A stretch of 63,951 nucleotides of DNA from Euryarchaeota archaeon UBA257. GTDB lineage: Archaea; Thermoplasmatota; Poseidoniia; Poseidoniales; Thalassarchaeaceae. The first letter of the stretch is position 1. Each line of letters starts with the position of its first letter. The stretch spans positions 1 through 63,951 of the forward strand of contig DAJO01000009.1 in assembly GCA_002498985.1 (NCBI GenBank), read 5' to 3'. Under the pieces are notes generated by a model. It ran no database searches and was not told where the DNA came from. It saw only the letters and a list, made by a program, of their open reading frames with translations. Positions 1 through 9,172 of this stretch are shown here, in pieces. The translations under genes were made by a program, and so were the position numbers.

Positions 1-9
1 GACCGACGC

Positions 10-17
10 TTAGAAAA
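10..17 (+). promoter_or_regulatory. candidate TATA-like box (TTAGAAAA) upstream of tRNA-Gly
   Basis: A/T-rich octamer about 26-33 nt upstream of the predicted tRNA 5' end at 43. Support is positional only. Confidence 0.25.
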
Positions 18-42
18 GTGACTCGGGTTTCCCAAAGTTCAC

Positions 43-117
43 ACGAGTGTAGTGTAGTGGTTATCACCGGGCGTTGCCAACGCCTGAACCCGGGTTCAAA
101 TCCCGGCACTCGTACCA
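43..117 (+). tRNA. tRNA-Gly (anticodon GCC) with genomically encoded CCA
   Basis: Hand-folded cloverleaf. Acceptor ACGAGTG (43-49) pairs with CACTCGT (107-113). T-arm is CCGGG/TTCAAAT/CCCGG (90-106). Anticodon stem is GGGCG/CGCCT with loop TTGCCAA (74-80), anticodon GCC at 76-78. Discriminator A114 is followed by CCA 115-117. Confidence 0.9.
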
Positions 118-120
118 TGA

Positions 121-3100
121 CTAATCGAAATCGGAATTACGTAATACCATTAAAATACCAGCAAATGATAAGCATAATACAATTAGTAAACCAATTATAA
201 TCAATGCTGGTCTATTGTCTAGTATCCAGTTATCTGAAATAGATTCATCAGTTTTATCAAGTTTAATTATTAAACTTTGATCAGCCGAATCTGTTGTAGA
301 AAGGAAGATATCAGTCCCTCTCACAAAAATTTCTATCTCGCCGTTAGGCAAACTTGAACGAGCAAGAATCTCTAAAGAATATACTCCATCATTGGCGTTT
401 TTATCAACACCAAGTCCATCATCTTTCATTAAAATCCAGTTATTTGACTCACCTATGGGTGCTAATCTACCCATTTTTACTTGAACAGAAGATAAACCAT
501 CGGGATCAATCATTACAATTTCCAGTACTTGAGAAATTGGATCACCGGATTGAGGTACTGATACAGTATCAGTAACATCATTTCCTCTAACAATTGAATA
601 ATTAACAAAAGCAGGAGCCTCATTCTCTATAATCAAAATAGAGCTTATTTCCTCCCCATTTACAAAGGAATTAGTTATCAATCTAGAAGAATCATTTCCA
701 TCTGTTAATCTAATAGGAACCAACCTTTCGCCGGGAGCGATACTCGATGGAACCTGGAATTGACCTACCCAGTTTGAGTCTATCAATGAAAGAGATACTG
801 ATTCTCCACCAGCACTGGTTAATTCTATTGAAACAGAGTTTACTCCGTGGCCATCATTTGCTGAAATTGACACATCCACCATATCTCCTCTTTTCACGAC
901 ATTAGGTACAAAACTAACCGATGACATTACTGGAGCAGGATTAAGGATATTAATTTCTGAAGAAAATAACACATTTTCCCAATAATCAATAATTTCTATT
1001 TCAACAGTTTTATTGCCAAAATCAAGACCATTTGCAGTAATTAGTGAAGTCCAAACATCATCATGAATAACGTTGTCTCCAAATAATCCTCTATCCGATA
1101 ATTCAACCTTACCCAATCCGAATTCTGACATGTCAACAGATACGGAGATGATATCATTATCTACATCTTCAACAAATATTTCAAGATGAGATTGACCACC
1201 TTCGGCATATAAAAATCCTTCTCTAAACTGAATTTTTTCTATTGACGGAGGAGTATTTTCTTCAGCAACAATTATTGAAGGTGAACGAATTTTATCTAAA
1301 ACTTGAGTCTCATGAAAGTTAACTTGGCTATCCAATAGAGGTAAATTTATTGAACGATTAACTTGATGGAATAATCCTGCCAATAAGCCTTCATTAATTA
1401 CACTACCAGATGCTTCTGTATTTTCTCCGTAATCCCCTATCCAGTCAATTACATCAACATTATGCCCATCAATATTTACTTCCCTAGTTTCTTGAACTAC
1501 AATAGATAAAACAAGTTCTAAATTTCTAGATAAGATTACTTCATCTCCTGAAATCAGAATCTCGGGAATCACGCCTGTTTCTTTCGTAATAGGTGATGAT
1601 TCAAATGAACTGGCAACTGGCCTTTCAGGTTCTACTTGTATTGGGGATTGTTCGGGGAAATAATCTGATTTCGAACCATTATCTTCAATATATTCATATC
1701 TAATCACAGGGTTTTCCCAGTAAGATTGAGGTACTATATATTCATACGTCAGATTATGCTCAGCATTTATTTCTTCATCTACAATCATGAAAACTGAAGA
1801 TACATTCAGCCAATTTTCATTTCTAATTTTATTAACCTCAAAGTCATTACCAGTATAATTCTTCTGAATAACTTTATCATCGATAAATCGAATTATTCCA
1901 AATGAACCGGACACATCTCCATCATATGTCCCATCTACTCTTAATGTGTCATGAAGAATAAATCCATTTCTATCTTCGAAATGTAATTTTTCGACGGTCC
2001 CGTTAGTATAGATATATGGTGCCTCTTCAGAAATAAGGGCGTTAAATTCTGCATTACCGATATACTTCAAAAGGTGCTCTTCTTGAACTCCATTTATCCA
2101 CAAATCTTTATATCTGAACTCTTCTAACTCAAGATCAATGTTTCCATCTGCAAAATCAATAAAACTTGTAGCATCGGCTTCTAAATTTATATTATGGTAT
2201 TCGCGAATGCCATCTGAATCAAATGATTCAAAAAAGAATGATGAAATATCACCTGTTATGAACATGGAATCATTGTCAGAATTTTCTAACAATTGTAATA
2301 TGCCATATCCATCAATTAGCAAATGTTCAGTATAGCTATCTTGTGATAATGTGCGATTGTACATTGCTTCCGTTACATTGACTGATATATCCAATCCGTC
2401 CTGAAAAGTAGATAATTTTCCATTACCACTCATTTCAAACTCCTGCCCAACTAATTCTTCATCGTAATATGTCTGATTAAGCCAAACCTTATCTAAATCT
2501 AATTCGATATCCATATTTTCAAAATTGGAAAGTTCAAAACTTCCAAATCCTAATTCATTTGATACGAGGTTTGGGCCTATTCTTTGCTGCCACCCTCTTC
2601 CCTCAAAGAATAAGTTAGAACTGGTTTCTGATGTACCCAATACATTGTTTTGCCATGTTCTATTACTAGTTATTTCATGATCTGCTATTGGCTGATTCCA
2701 ATTTGTTACTCTGATAAATCTATTGCAAGATGCTTCTAAAGTCTCAACTGAAATTTCAATTTCATCTTTGAAGATAGGTTCTTCTGGTAGAATAATATCA
2801 ATTTCTCCACCTGCCACAACTATATTGGAATTAAATTCATCACCGATTGTTTGATTATCACGTAGATGGTTTATCGATGTTTCAACTAGATGAGGAGTGG
2901 ATCCATTTCCAAAAGAAGGATAGAAGGTTACTACATATCGATGTGTTATCACAGAATCATATGTTGAAAAATTACCATCAGTGTCAACATTTTCAATATA
3001 TGTTACTCCCCAATCTGTAAGAATCTCGCATTCAATAGATTCATTTTCTTCTGCTGAAACTAATGATGTAAAACTACTAAAAAATAAAATTAAAAAAATC

Positions 3101-3150
3101 ATGAAAGATTTCTGTACTCTGTACATGATAAACTCTAGAGGAAATCGCAT
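121..3150 (-). CDS. large acidic type-I cell-surface protein of unknown function (signal peptide, tandem Ig-like modules, C-terminal TM anchor)
   Basis: 1009-aa ORF. N-terminus has a hydrophobic core ending VSA-EE. C-terminus has one TM helix (ALIIIGLLIVLCLSFAGILMVL) and a short tail. Many N-x-S/T sequons and three ~100-aa related modules precede the anchor. An alternative start is Met9 (3126). Confidence 0.8.
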   Translation of the reverse strand: MRFPLEFIMYRVQKSFMIFLILFFSSFTSLVSAEENESIECEILTDWGVTYIENVDTDGNFSTYDSVITHRYVVTFYPSFGNGSTPHLVETSINHLRDNQTIGDEFNSNIVVAGGEIDIILPEEPIFKDEIEISVETLEASCNRFIRVTNWNQPIADHEITSNRTWQNNVLGTSETSSNLFFEGRGWQQRIGPNLVSNELGFGSFELSNFENMDIELDLDKVWLNQTYYDEELVGQEFEMSGNGKLSTFQDGLDISVNVTEAMYNRTLSQDSYTEHLLIDGYGILQLLENSDNDSMFITGDISSFFFESFDSDGIREYHNINLEADATSFIDFADGNIDLELEEFRYKDLWINGVQEEHLLKYIGNAEFNALISEEAPYIYTNGTVEKLHFEDRNGFILHDTLRVDGTYDGDVSGSFGIIRFIDDKVIQKNYTGNDFEVNKIRNENWLNVSSVFMIVDEEINAEHNLTYEYIVPQSYWENPVIRYEYIEDNGSKSDYFPEQSPIQVEPERPVASSFESSPITKETGVIPEILISGDEVILSRNLELVLSIVVQETREVNIDGHNVDVIDWIGDYGENTEASGSVINEGLLAGLFHQVNRSINLPLLDSQVNFHETQVLDKIRSPSIIVAEENTPPSIEKIQFREGFLYAEGGQSHLEIFVEDVDNDIISVSVDMSEFGLGKVELSDRGLFGDNVIHDDVWTSLITANGLDFGNKTVEIEIIDYWENVLFSSEINILNPAPVMSSVSFVPNVVKRGDMVDVSISANDGHGVNSVSIELTSAGGESVSLSLIDSNWVGQFQVPSSIAPGERLVPIRLTDGNDSSRLITNSFVNGEEISSILIIENEAPAFVNYSIVRGNDVTDTVSVPQSGDPISQVLEIVMIDPDGLSSVQVKMGRLAPIGESNNWILMKDDGLGVDKNANDGVYSLEILARSSLPNGEIEIFVRGTDIFLSTTDSADQSLIIKLDKTDESISDNWILDNRPALIIIGLLIVLCLSFAGILMVLRNSDFD

Positions 3151-3197
3151 TTCAAACTTTGTGGTAAATGGTTATTACAAAAAATCTAATCAAGAGT

Positions 3198-3614
3198 TTA
3201 GAATAATGGTTCTTCCCAATCATCTTCCTCACCTGATCTCTCTTTCCAAAGGTTTGCTGGCATATCATCATATATTCCAGCATAAGGATCTTCATCTACG
3301 ACTTTTTTAGCTCGCATCTCCATTGCAGCAAGTGCAAATGCCTCCGCTGTAGATTTAAATTTCCAATAATGTATTCTCCATTCTCTCCCGTCCCATAAGG
3401 TGGTCTCTTCAGATTCAGTAGTCAACAAATCATAGTCTTGTAATTGATAAAAAAGATTACGATCATTAGGCTCTAATGCATTATCTATTATTCGATTTGA
3501 AAAACCAAAGAAACCGAGTGCATGTTCTGCAATACCCTCTGCAACAACAGTTTCCATATCTTCGTCAACTTTACGACGAATGGCTTGAGTTAATTGTGCA
3601 ATTGTCAAACCCAT
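3198..3614 (-). CDS. conserved hypothetical acidic cytoplasmic protein
   Basis: The ORF 3198..3635 starts at GTG. An internal ATG at 3614 is preceded by GGAG about 10 nt upstream. No family recognised; there is a distinctive GREWRIHYW segment. Confidence 0.6.
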   Translation of the reverse strand: MGLTIAQLTQAIRRKVDEDMETVVAEGIAEHALGFFGFSNRIIDNALEPNDRNLFYQLQDYDLLTTESEETTLWDGREWRIHYWKFKSTAEAFALAAMEMRAKKVVDEDPYAGIYDDMPANLWKERSGEEDDWEEPLF

Positions 3615-3734
3615 ATATCCGACTCCAATATTCACCTCATGGATGGGTGTGACTTATCAACCATACTTTATACTGATTTCAAATTTAATTTCAATCCCGA
3701 AGCCATTAATCGAGAGACACTAGTCGTAATCATC

Positions 3735-4664
3735 ATGGAAGAGCCAAGCAAGATGACTTTCCTAGGATTAGAAGAGGATGAAAATGGCCCTCATGATATC
3801 GTAATATTACCAATTCCTTACGAAATGACAACAAGTTACAGAGAAGGAACTGAATTTGGACCGAAAGCATGTATTGATGCAAGTTTACAGGTAGAATTAT
3901 TTGATGAATTATTAGATCAAGACTTACCTTGTGGCTACAAAATTTTTACCTCAGAGCCTTGGAATAATGAAGTTAATAGTCTTGCAGAAGCTCTAGAAAG
4001 TATTGAAAAATTTTCCTTGAAATGGGTTAATGGCGAGCAATTTCCTATATTTTTAGGAGGAGAACATGGGATGTTGTTACCAATAATCAGGTCTTTGAGA
4101 AAACATCCAGAAATTGAGGGGAAACTTGAACAATTAACAATCTTACAAATAGATGCTCATGCTGATTTAAGAAATGAATTAAATGGAGAAAAATATTCTC
4201 ATGGAACTGTGATTAGAAGAGCTTTGGATGAAGGAGTAGGTGAAATAATTCAAGTAGGAATAAGGACTTACTGTTCGGAAGAAAAAAAAATAATTGATAG
4301 TGATGAAAGAGTGAAAACCTGGTTTGCGAGAGATTTAATTCGAATGGATTCCGAAAAATCAAATTGGAACGAATTGATAAATCAAATTAAGAATTTGTCC
4401 GGTCCGGTATGGCTCAGTTTTGATATAGATGGATTAGATGGTTTTCTAGTTCCTGCAACCGGAACGCCAGTGCCGGGAGGGTTGTCTTTTTGGGGAGCAA
4501 ATGAGATAATAATGGAATTATTTAGTGCTAGTAACGCAAAAGTAATCGGTGCAGATATAAATGAAATTTCTACATCTCCAAATACAAATTTGACAGAATT
4601 TTCTGCGGCATTAATAACTACGAAAATTGTTGTTGGCCATATTATCAGTCAAAAAAGAGATTAA
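3735..4664 (+). CDS. speB: agmatinase / ureohydrolase (arginase family)
   Basis: Arginase-family Mn-site motifs GGEHGM, DAHADLR and SFDIDGLD. The start was moved to ATG 3735 (MEEPSK...) to give the usual ~310 aa; the ORF track starts at 3594. Confidence 0.8.
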   Translation: MEEPSKMTFLGLEEDENGPHDIVILPIPYEMTTSYREGTEFGPKACIDASLQVELFDELLDQDLPCGYKIFTSEPWNNEVNSLAEALESIEKFSLKWVNGEQFPIFLGGEHGMLLPIIRSLRKHPEIEGKLEQLTILQIDAHADLRNELNGEKYSHGTVIRRALDEGVGEIIQVGIRTYCSEEKKIIDSDERVKTWFARDLIRMDSEKSNWNELINQIKNLSGPVWLSFDIDGLDGFLVPATGTPVPGGLSFWGANEIIMELFSASNAKVIGADINEISTSPNTNLTEFSAALITTKIVVGHIISQKRD

Positions 4665-4775
4665 ATGGTAAACTCTTATTTAATCAAAAAAAACATTTTA
4701 ATTAATCGTCAAACCCAACTAGAATTGAAACTTTAGGAAACAATTCTTTGTATAATTGGATGTAATCACAAAGTC

Positions 4776-6287
4776 ATGATTACGACAGTGAGTGATTTCA
4801 TAGAGACAGGAAATATAATGATAATACCACTTTTTCAAAATACCTTAAAGGCACCTAATAATACAACAACAGGTTTGAGCAGAAGTGCAAGTATTACGGT
4901 GAAATCTGCTATTTCTAGCGATAGTTTTGAGGGGAAAGAAGGGGAAATAATGTCAATATGGACAAAAGAATGTCAAATAATACTCTTAGGAATGGGAGGG
5001 AGTCATAAACTAAATACTAAGAAATCAAGAGATATTGGTGCGAAATGTTTCAGTAATCTACCTGATAATTTAGGGAAAAAAATTGTTGTTAGGTTTACTA
5101 CTGGATGGAATACTGGAAATATGGCATCTTTTGCTGAAGGAATTATCCTAAGGAATTATAAATTTGATAAATATCAAGAAAAAATTGTCGATGAGAAGCA
5201 AGATAAAGAATGGTCAATGGTTTGCCAAACTACAAAAAGAAATAGAGAAAATCTAGATTTAGAAATCGAGAGACTTTCTGCAATAGCTACGGGTGTGCAT
5301 CTCGCTAGAGATTTAGGGAACGAACCAGCGAATCGACTTTATCCAGAAGAATTTGGAAGGAGAGCGAAGGATTGGGCCAAAGGTAAGAAGAATGTTGAAG
5401 TTGAAGTTTGGGATTTCTCTAGACTCAAAGAAGAAGGAATGCATGGACTTATCGAGGTTGGGAAGGGAAGTATACACAAACCATGTATGGTATTCTTTCG
5501 TCTGAATCCAAATTTAGATACTGAGAAGCAAGTCCCTTGTATAGTAGGTAAAGGTATTACTTTCGATTCGGGAGGAATTTCAATCAAAGGAAGTGCTGGC
5601 ATGGATGAAATGAAATTAGATATGCATGGTTCTGCTACAGTTTTTGGACTTTTTCAAGCTCTTTATGCTACAGGTTATCAAGGTCGAGTTAATGGTATAA
5701 CATGTATGGCTGAAAATATGCCTAGTGCTGAAGCATATAGACCCGGAGATGTGATAGAAACATATTCTGGAAAAACAATCGAAGTTCTAAACACAGATGC
5801 AGAAGGGCGGAATGTACTGGCAGATGGCCTATGGAAGGCAAGTGAATTGAATCCTTCTTACATCATTGATTTGGCCACACTAACTGGTTCCATTGTAGTT
5901 GCTCTGGGTCATGAAGCAACGGGATTGTTTGCAAATAATGATTTGTTATCTGAAAGAATAAAGATGGTCGGAGATGAAGTAGATGAAATTTGCTGGCCTA
6001 TGCCGCTATTACCTGCATTTGAAAAACAAATGACTTCTTCAAAAATTGCCGATGTAAGAAATCAAGGAAAAGGAAGATGGGGAGGAGCTATTCAAGCGGC
6101 AGGATTTCTAAAACAGTTCGTACAAGAAAGAAAAGACAATAATGGAGAGAAAAATCAGATTCCATGGGCACATTTAGATATCGCAGGAACTGCAGGAATT
6201 TGGGGTGGAGAATCAAATTCTACAGTTGGTCATGGGGCCACAGGAATCCTAGTCCGTACTCTACATCTATTGATCACTAAGGAGTGA
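4776..6287 (+). CDS. pepA: leucyl aminopeptidase (M17 family)
   Basis: M17 signatures GKGITFDSGGISIK and NTDAEGR are present; length is 503 aa. Confidence 0.9.
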   Translation: MITTVSDFIETGNIMIIPLFQNTLKAPNNTTTGLSRSASITVKSAISSDSFEGKEGEIMSIWTKECQIILLGMGGSHKLNTKKSRDIGAKCFSNLPDNLGKKIVVRFTTGWNTGNMASFAEGIILRNYKFDKYQEKIVDEKQDKEWSMVCQTTKRNRENLDLEIERLSAIATGVHLARDLGNEPANRLYPEEFGRRAKDWAKGKKNVEVEVWDFSRLKEEGMHGLIEVGKGSIHKPCMVFFRLNPNLDTEKQVPCIVGKGITFDSGGISIKGSAGMDEMKLDMHGSATVFGLFQALYATGYQGRVNGITCMAENMPSAEAYRPGDVIETYSGKTIEVLNTDAEGRNVLADGLWKASELNPSYIIDLATLTGSIVVALGHEATGLFANNDLLSERIKMVGDEVDEICWPMPLLPAFEKQMTSSKIADVRNQGKGRWGGAIQAAGFLKQFVQERKDNNGEKNQIPWAHLDIAGTAGIWGGESNSTVGHGATGILVRTLHLLITKE

Positions 6288-6292
6288 GAAGA

Positions 6293-6514
6293 TTATTCCT
6301 GAGGCGATATTAAAAATATAGCTATGTAGACAAATGCTAAAGTTCCACCAGTTAGTAATGTAAGTAAAGAGAATATTACTCTAGATGCTGTAGAAGTTAT
6401 CCTTAATTTTCTTGCAAGGCCGGAACATACACCTAGAATTATCCGATCATTACGAGGTCTGAAAAAGGGTTTAGCACCAAATTTAACCTTCTTAAGTGTA
6501 TACTCTTCATCCAT
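6293..6514 (-). CDS. PspC-domain small membrane protein
   Basis: ILGVCSGLARKL motif followed by a TM helix. It lies 4 nt downstream of the dnaK stop on the same strand. Confidence 0.65.
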   Translation of the reverse strand: MDEEYTLKKVKFGAKPFFRPRNDRIILGVCSGLARKLRITSTASRVIFSLLTLLTGGTLAFVYIAIFLISPQE

Positions 6515-6518
6515 TTAA

Positions 6519-8402
6519 TCACTCGTCGGTATCTTCATCATCGGAATCCAATACTTCAAAATCCGCTTCTACTACATCTCCATCTTCATCTGATTCGTTT
6601 TCTTCTTCAGATACTTCTGCAGATGCTGCTTCATATAATTTAGATGACAAACTGTGCATTAATTCTTCTAACTCTTGTATTCTTGATTGAATACTCGTTT
6701 CATCAAGATCTTCATCTGAAACCGGTTTTTCATCATTGAATATTAAAGACTCCAATTCTTTCAATTTTTCTAGCACTGGATTGACAACTTCTTCCGACAA
6801 TTTCTCTTTTGTCTCATCAATTGTTCTTCGAGTTTGATAAACTATACTATCTGCAGTATTTCTTAGTTCCACTCTAACTTTCTTACGCTTATCTTCTTCA
6901 GCAAATTCTTCTGCATCACTTATTTTTTGCTTAATTTCTTCTTCCGATAATGAAGTCTGACTCTCTATTTTTATTGATTGTTCAGTACCTGTACCAAGAT
7001 CTTTAGCTGAAACATTTACGATACCATTAGCATCAATATCGAAAGTTACCTCTATCTGAGGGACTCCTCGAGGCGCTGGTGGTATACCCATTAAGTGGAA
7101 TCTGCCAAGAGTTATGTTATCTTTTGCAAACTCTCTTTCTCCTTGTAATACGTGAACTTCTACTGCTGGCTGGCTATCCGCTGCAGTAGAGAAAGTCTCT
7201 GAACGCCTAGACGGGATTGTTGTATTTCTTTCAATCATTGTAGTCATAATTCCACCCAATGTTTCTATCCCTAAAGTTAGAGGAGTTACATCTAGAAGGA
7301 GGACATCAGTAACTCCTTCGTCACCAACAATAATTCCTGCTTGTAGTGCCGCACCTAATGCAACTGCTTCATCAGGATTAATACCTTTGAATGGAGATTT
7401 ACCAACTTCTGATTCGATTGCTTCTTGAACAGCAGGAACTCGAGTAGAACCACCAACAAGAATTACCTTGTCTACATCGCCTTTGCCAATTCCAGCATCC
7501 TTCATCGCTCTTCTTGTTGGAGACATTGTGCGCTCAACTAAGTCTGAAATTAAATCTTCGAACTTAGCTCTAGAAAGTGAAAGGTCTAGATGTTCGGGTT
7601 GACCATCTTTCATAGTGATAAATGGTAAGTTTATCTGAGACATGGAAGTACCTGATAATTCAATTTTAGCCTTTTCTGCAGCTTCTCGTAGACGACTCAT
7701 TGCTTGCATGTCTTTTGTCAAATCGATTCCGGAAGATTTCAGGTATTCACTTGTAATCCATTCAACTATTACATGGTCAAAATCGTCACCGCCAAGTCTG
7801 TTATCTCCACTTGTAGCCTTAACTTCTATTTGTGGTTGGCCATCAACCTGATAGATTTCTAAAACTGATACATCGAATGTACCTCCACCTAAATCGTACA
7901 CCAGGATAGTCTGATCTTCGTCCTTATCTACCCCATAGGCTAGAGCTGCAGCAGTAGGCTCATTGATTATTCTAAGTACTTCTAATCCAGCAATTCTACC
8001 AGCATCTTGTGTGGCTTTTCTTTGGGCATCAGTGAAATAAGCAGGACAGGTTATCACTGCCTGAGTAACTTCACGTCCTAAATACGATTCTGCATCAGCC
8101 TTTAACTTCTGTAAAATAAAGGCCGATACTTCTTGAGGTGTGTATTCATTATCATCAATGTTCTGAACCCAATCAGTACCCATTTCTCTTTTCACTGAAA
8201 GGATTGTTCGTTGTGAATTTGTCACAGCCTGTCTTTTTGCAGTGACACCTACCAGCCTTTCGCCATCCTTACTAAAAGCAACAACAGAAGGAGTCGTTCG
8301 AGAACCTTCTGAATTAGCTATTACCACTGCTTGTCCACCCTCAAGAGTTGCCACACAGCTATTTGTCGTTCCAAGATCTATTCCAATTACAGGTCCACTC
8401 AT
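6519..8402 (-). CDS. dnaK: molecular chaperone DnaK (Hsp70)
   Basis: [18 protein letters not shown] and a full Hsp70 architecture with an acidic C-terminal tail. The start is set to ATG 8402 ([11 protein letters not shown]), preceded by GGAAGTGA; the ORF track starts at TTG 8423. Confidence 0.97.
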   Translation of the reverse strand: MSGPVIGIDLGTTNSCVATLEGGQAVVIANSEGSRTTPSVVAFSKDGERLVGVTAKRQAVTNSQRTILSVKREMGTDWVQNIDDNEYTPQEVSAFILQKLKADAESYLGREVTQAVITCPAYFTDAQRKATQDAGRIAGLEVLRIINEPTAAALAYGVDKDEDQTILVYDLGGGTFDVSVLEIYQVDGQPQIEVKATSGDNRLGGDDFDHVIVEWITSEYLKSSGIDLTKDMQAMSRLREAAEKAKIELSGTSMSQINLPFITMKDGQPEHLDLSLSRAKFEDLISDLVERTMSPTRRAMKDAGIGKGDVDKVILVGGSTRVPAVQEAIESEVGKSPFKGINPDEAVALGAALQAGIIVGDEGVTDVLLLDVTPLTLGIETLGGIMTTMIERNTTIPSRRSETFSTAADSQPAVEVHVLQGEREFAKDNITLGRFHLMGIPPAPRGVPQIEVTFDIDANGIVNVSAKDLGTGTEQSIKIESQTSLSEEEIKQKISDAEEFAEEDKRKKVRVELRNTADSIVYQTRRTIDETKEKLSEEVVNPVLEKLKELESLIFNDEKPVSDEDLDETSIQSRIQELEELMHSLSSKLYEAASAEVSEEENESDEDGDVVEADFEVLDSDDEDTDE

Positions 8403-8419
8403 TTTATTCACTTCCAATT

Positions 8420-9022
8420 TCAATTATTATTTTTAATATCGAATGTAACATCTAGTATGCCATTATTTAGGCTCCAATCAACAATCTGACTTACAGAATT
8501 TGGTAAATCAAACTTCTTAAAAGGCCTTAATTGAGTCGTTTTCATCAACTGGAAAGATTTTCCTGAATCAATTAAATTAATCTCCAATTCAGACTCAATA
8601 ATATCTAATTCGTGGGAAAGATCTACGGTTGCATAAATTCTGTCTTCATGAGAATAAATATCAACTTGAAGTTCTTGTTCTTCATCTTCTTTTTGATTTA
8701 ACTCCGCATCAACTATTGGTGTAGGGTTATTTACTTGTACGTTAACTCCCATATTTCTGAATAAGTCGGAAAAACCATTCGAGCCATTCAACATCGATTC
8801 CATAGTTTTTCTAAATTCGTCTGAATCTCCATTGATATCAATTTTCATGTCCTGATTTGATAGTTTTTCTGGATCTATTCCCATTTTCTGGAATTGATCG
8901 CGGACCTGGGAAAGCATATTTCTAAGTATCTCAATATCCATTGGCATACCCATGTCAGAGAACATTTTCGCCATTTCTTTGAGCATTTGCTCTTCCCAAT
9001 CATCTCTACTATTTTCATCCAT
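8420..9022 (-). CDS. Hsp20/alpha-crystallin-domain protein with a Met-rich N-terminal half
   Basis: The C-terminal ~85 aa ([16 protein letters not shown]...FDLPNSVS...[11 protein letters not shown]) follows the alpha-crystallin domain pattern. The N-terminal half is rich in Met. Start is either ATG 9022 or GTG 9031. The stop lies 17 nt upstream of the dnaK ATG. Confidence 0.75.
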   Translation of the reverse strand: MDENSRDDWEEQMLKEMAKMFSDMGMPMDIEILRNMLSQVRDQFQKMGIDPEKLSNQDMKIDINGDSDEFRKTMESMLNGSNGFSDLFRNMGVNVQVNNPTPIVDAELNQKEDEEQELQVDIYSHEDRIYATVDLSHELDIIESELEINLIDSGKSFQLMKTTQLRPFKKFDLPNSVSQIVDWSLNNGILDVTFDIKNNN

Positions 9023-9172
9023 AATTGCCACTACTTAACTTGAGGTTGTATAGTGGGGAGGCACTACCCTTTATCAACCTCTCGATTTGAATTCTTAATT
9101 CAGAAAGAATCAATCGGAAATGTTAGAGCCACAGCAGCGGTTTCAAATCTGTTAAGTTAGTCGCGAGGGTGT
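9023..9172. promoter_or_regulatory. divergent promoter region between the hsp20-like/dnaK operon and the thermosome gene
   Basis: A 150-bp non-coding gap between divergent chaperone genes. A TATA-like TTGATAAAGG lies on the minus strand (9068-9077), about 46 nt upstream of ATG 9022. A/T-rich candidates GAATTCTTAATTC (9089-9101) and TTTCAAAT (9141-9148) lie upstream of the thermosome ATG. None is verified. Confidence 0.4.

Noticed and set aside
43-3150. Possible tRNA-Gly-linked integrated island carrying the giant surface protein
   Set aside because: There is no integrase, no visible direct repeat of the tRNA 3' end elsewhere in the window, and no obvious compositional break. It cannot be supported from this window alone.
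8420-9031. Considered calling the ~200-aa gene upstream of dnaK as grpE, because of its position and length
   Set aside because: It has no GrpE-like long helix or conserved GrpE signature. The C-terminal half instead follows the alpha-crystallin (Hsp20) pattern.
9028-9067. Short repeats in the chaperone divergent promoter: CCACTA / TAGTGG inverted, and CACTAC direct at 9029-9034 and 9062-9067
   Set aside because: These are only 6-mers, partly inside the alternative GTG-start coding region, and cannot be told apart from chance without comparative data.
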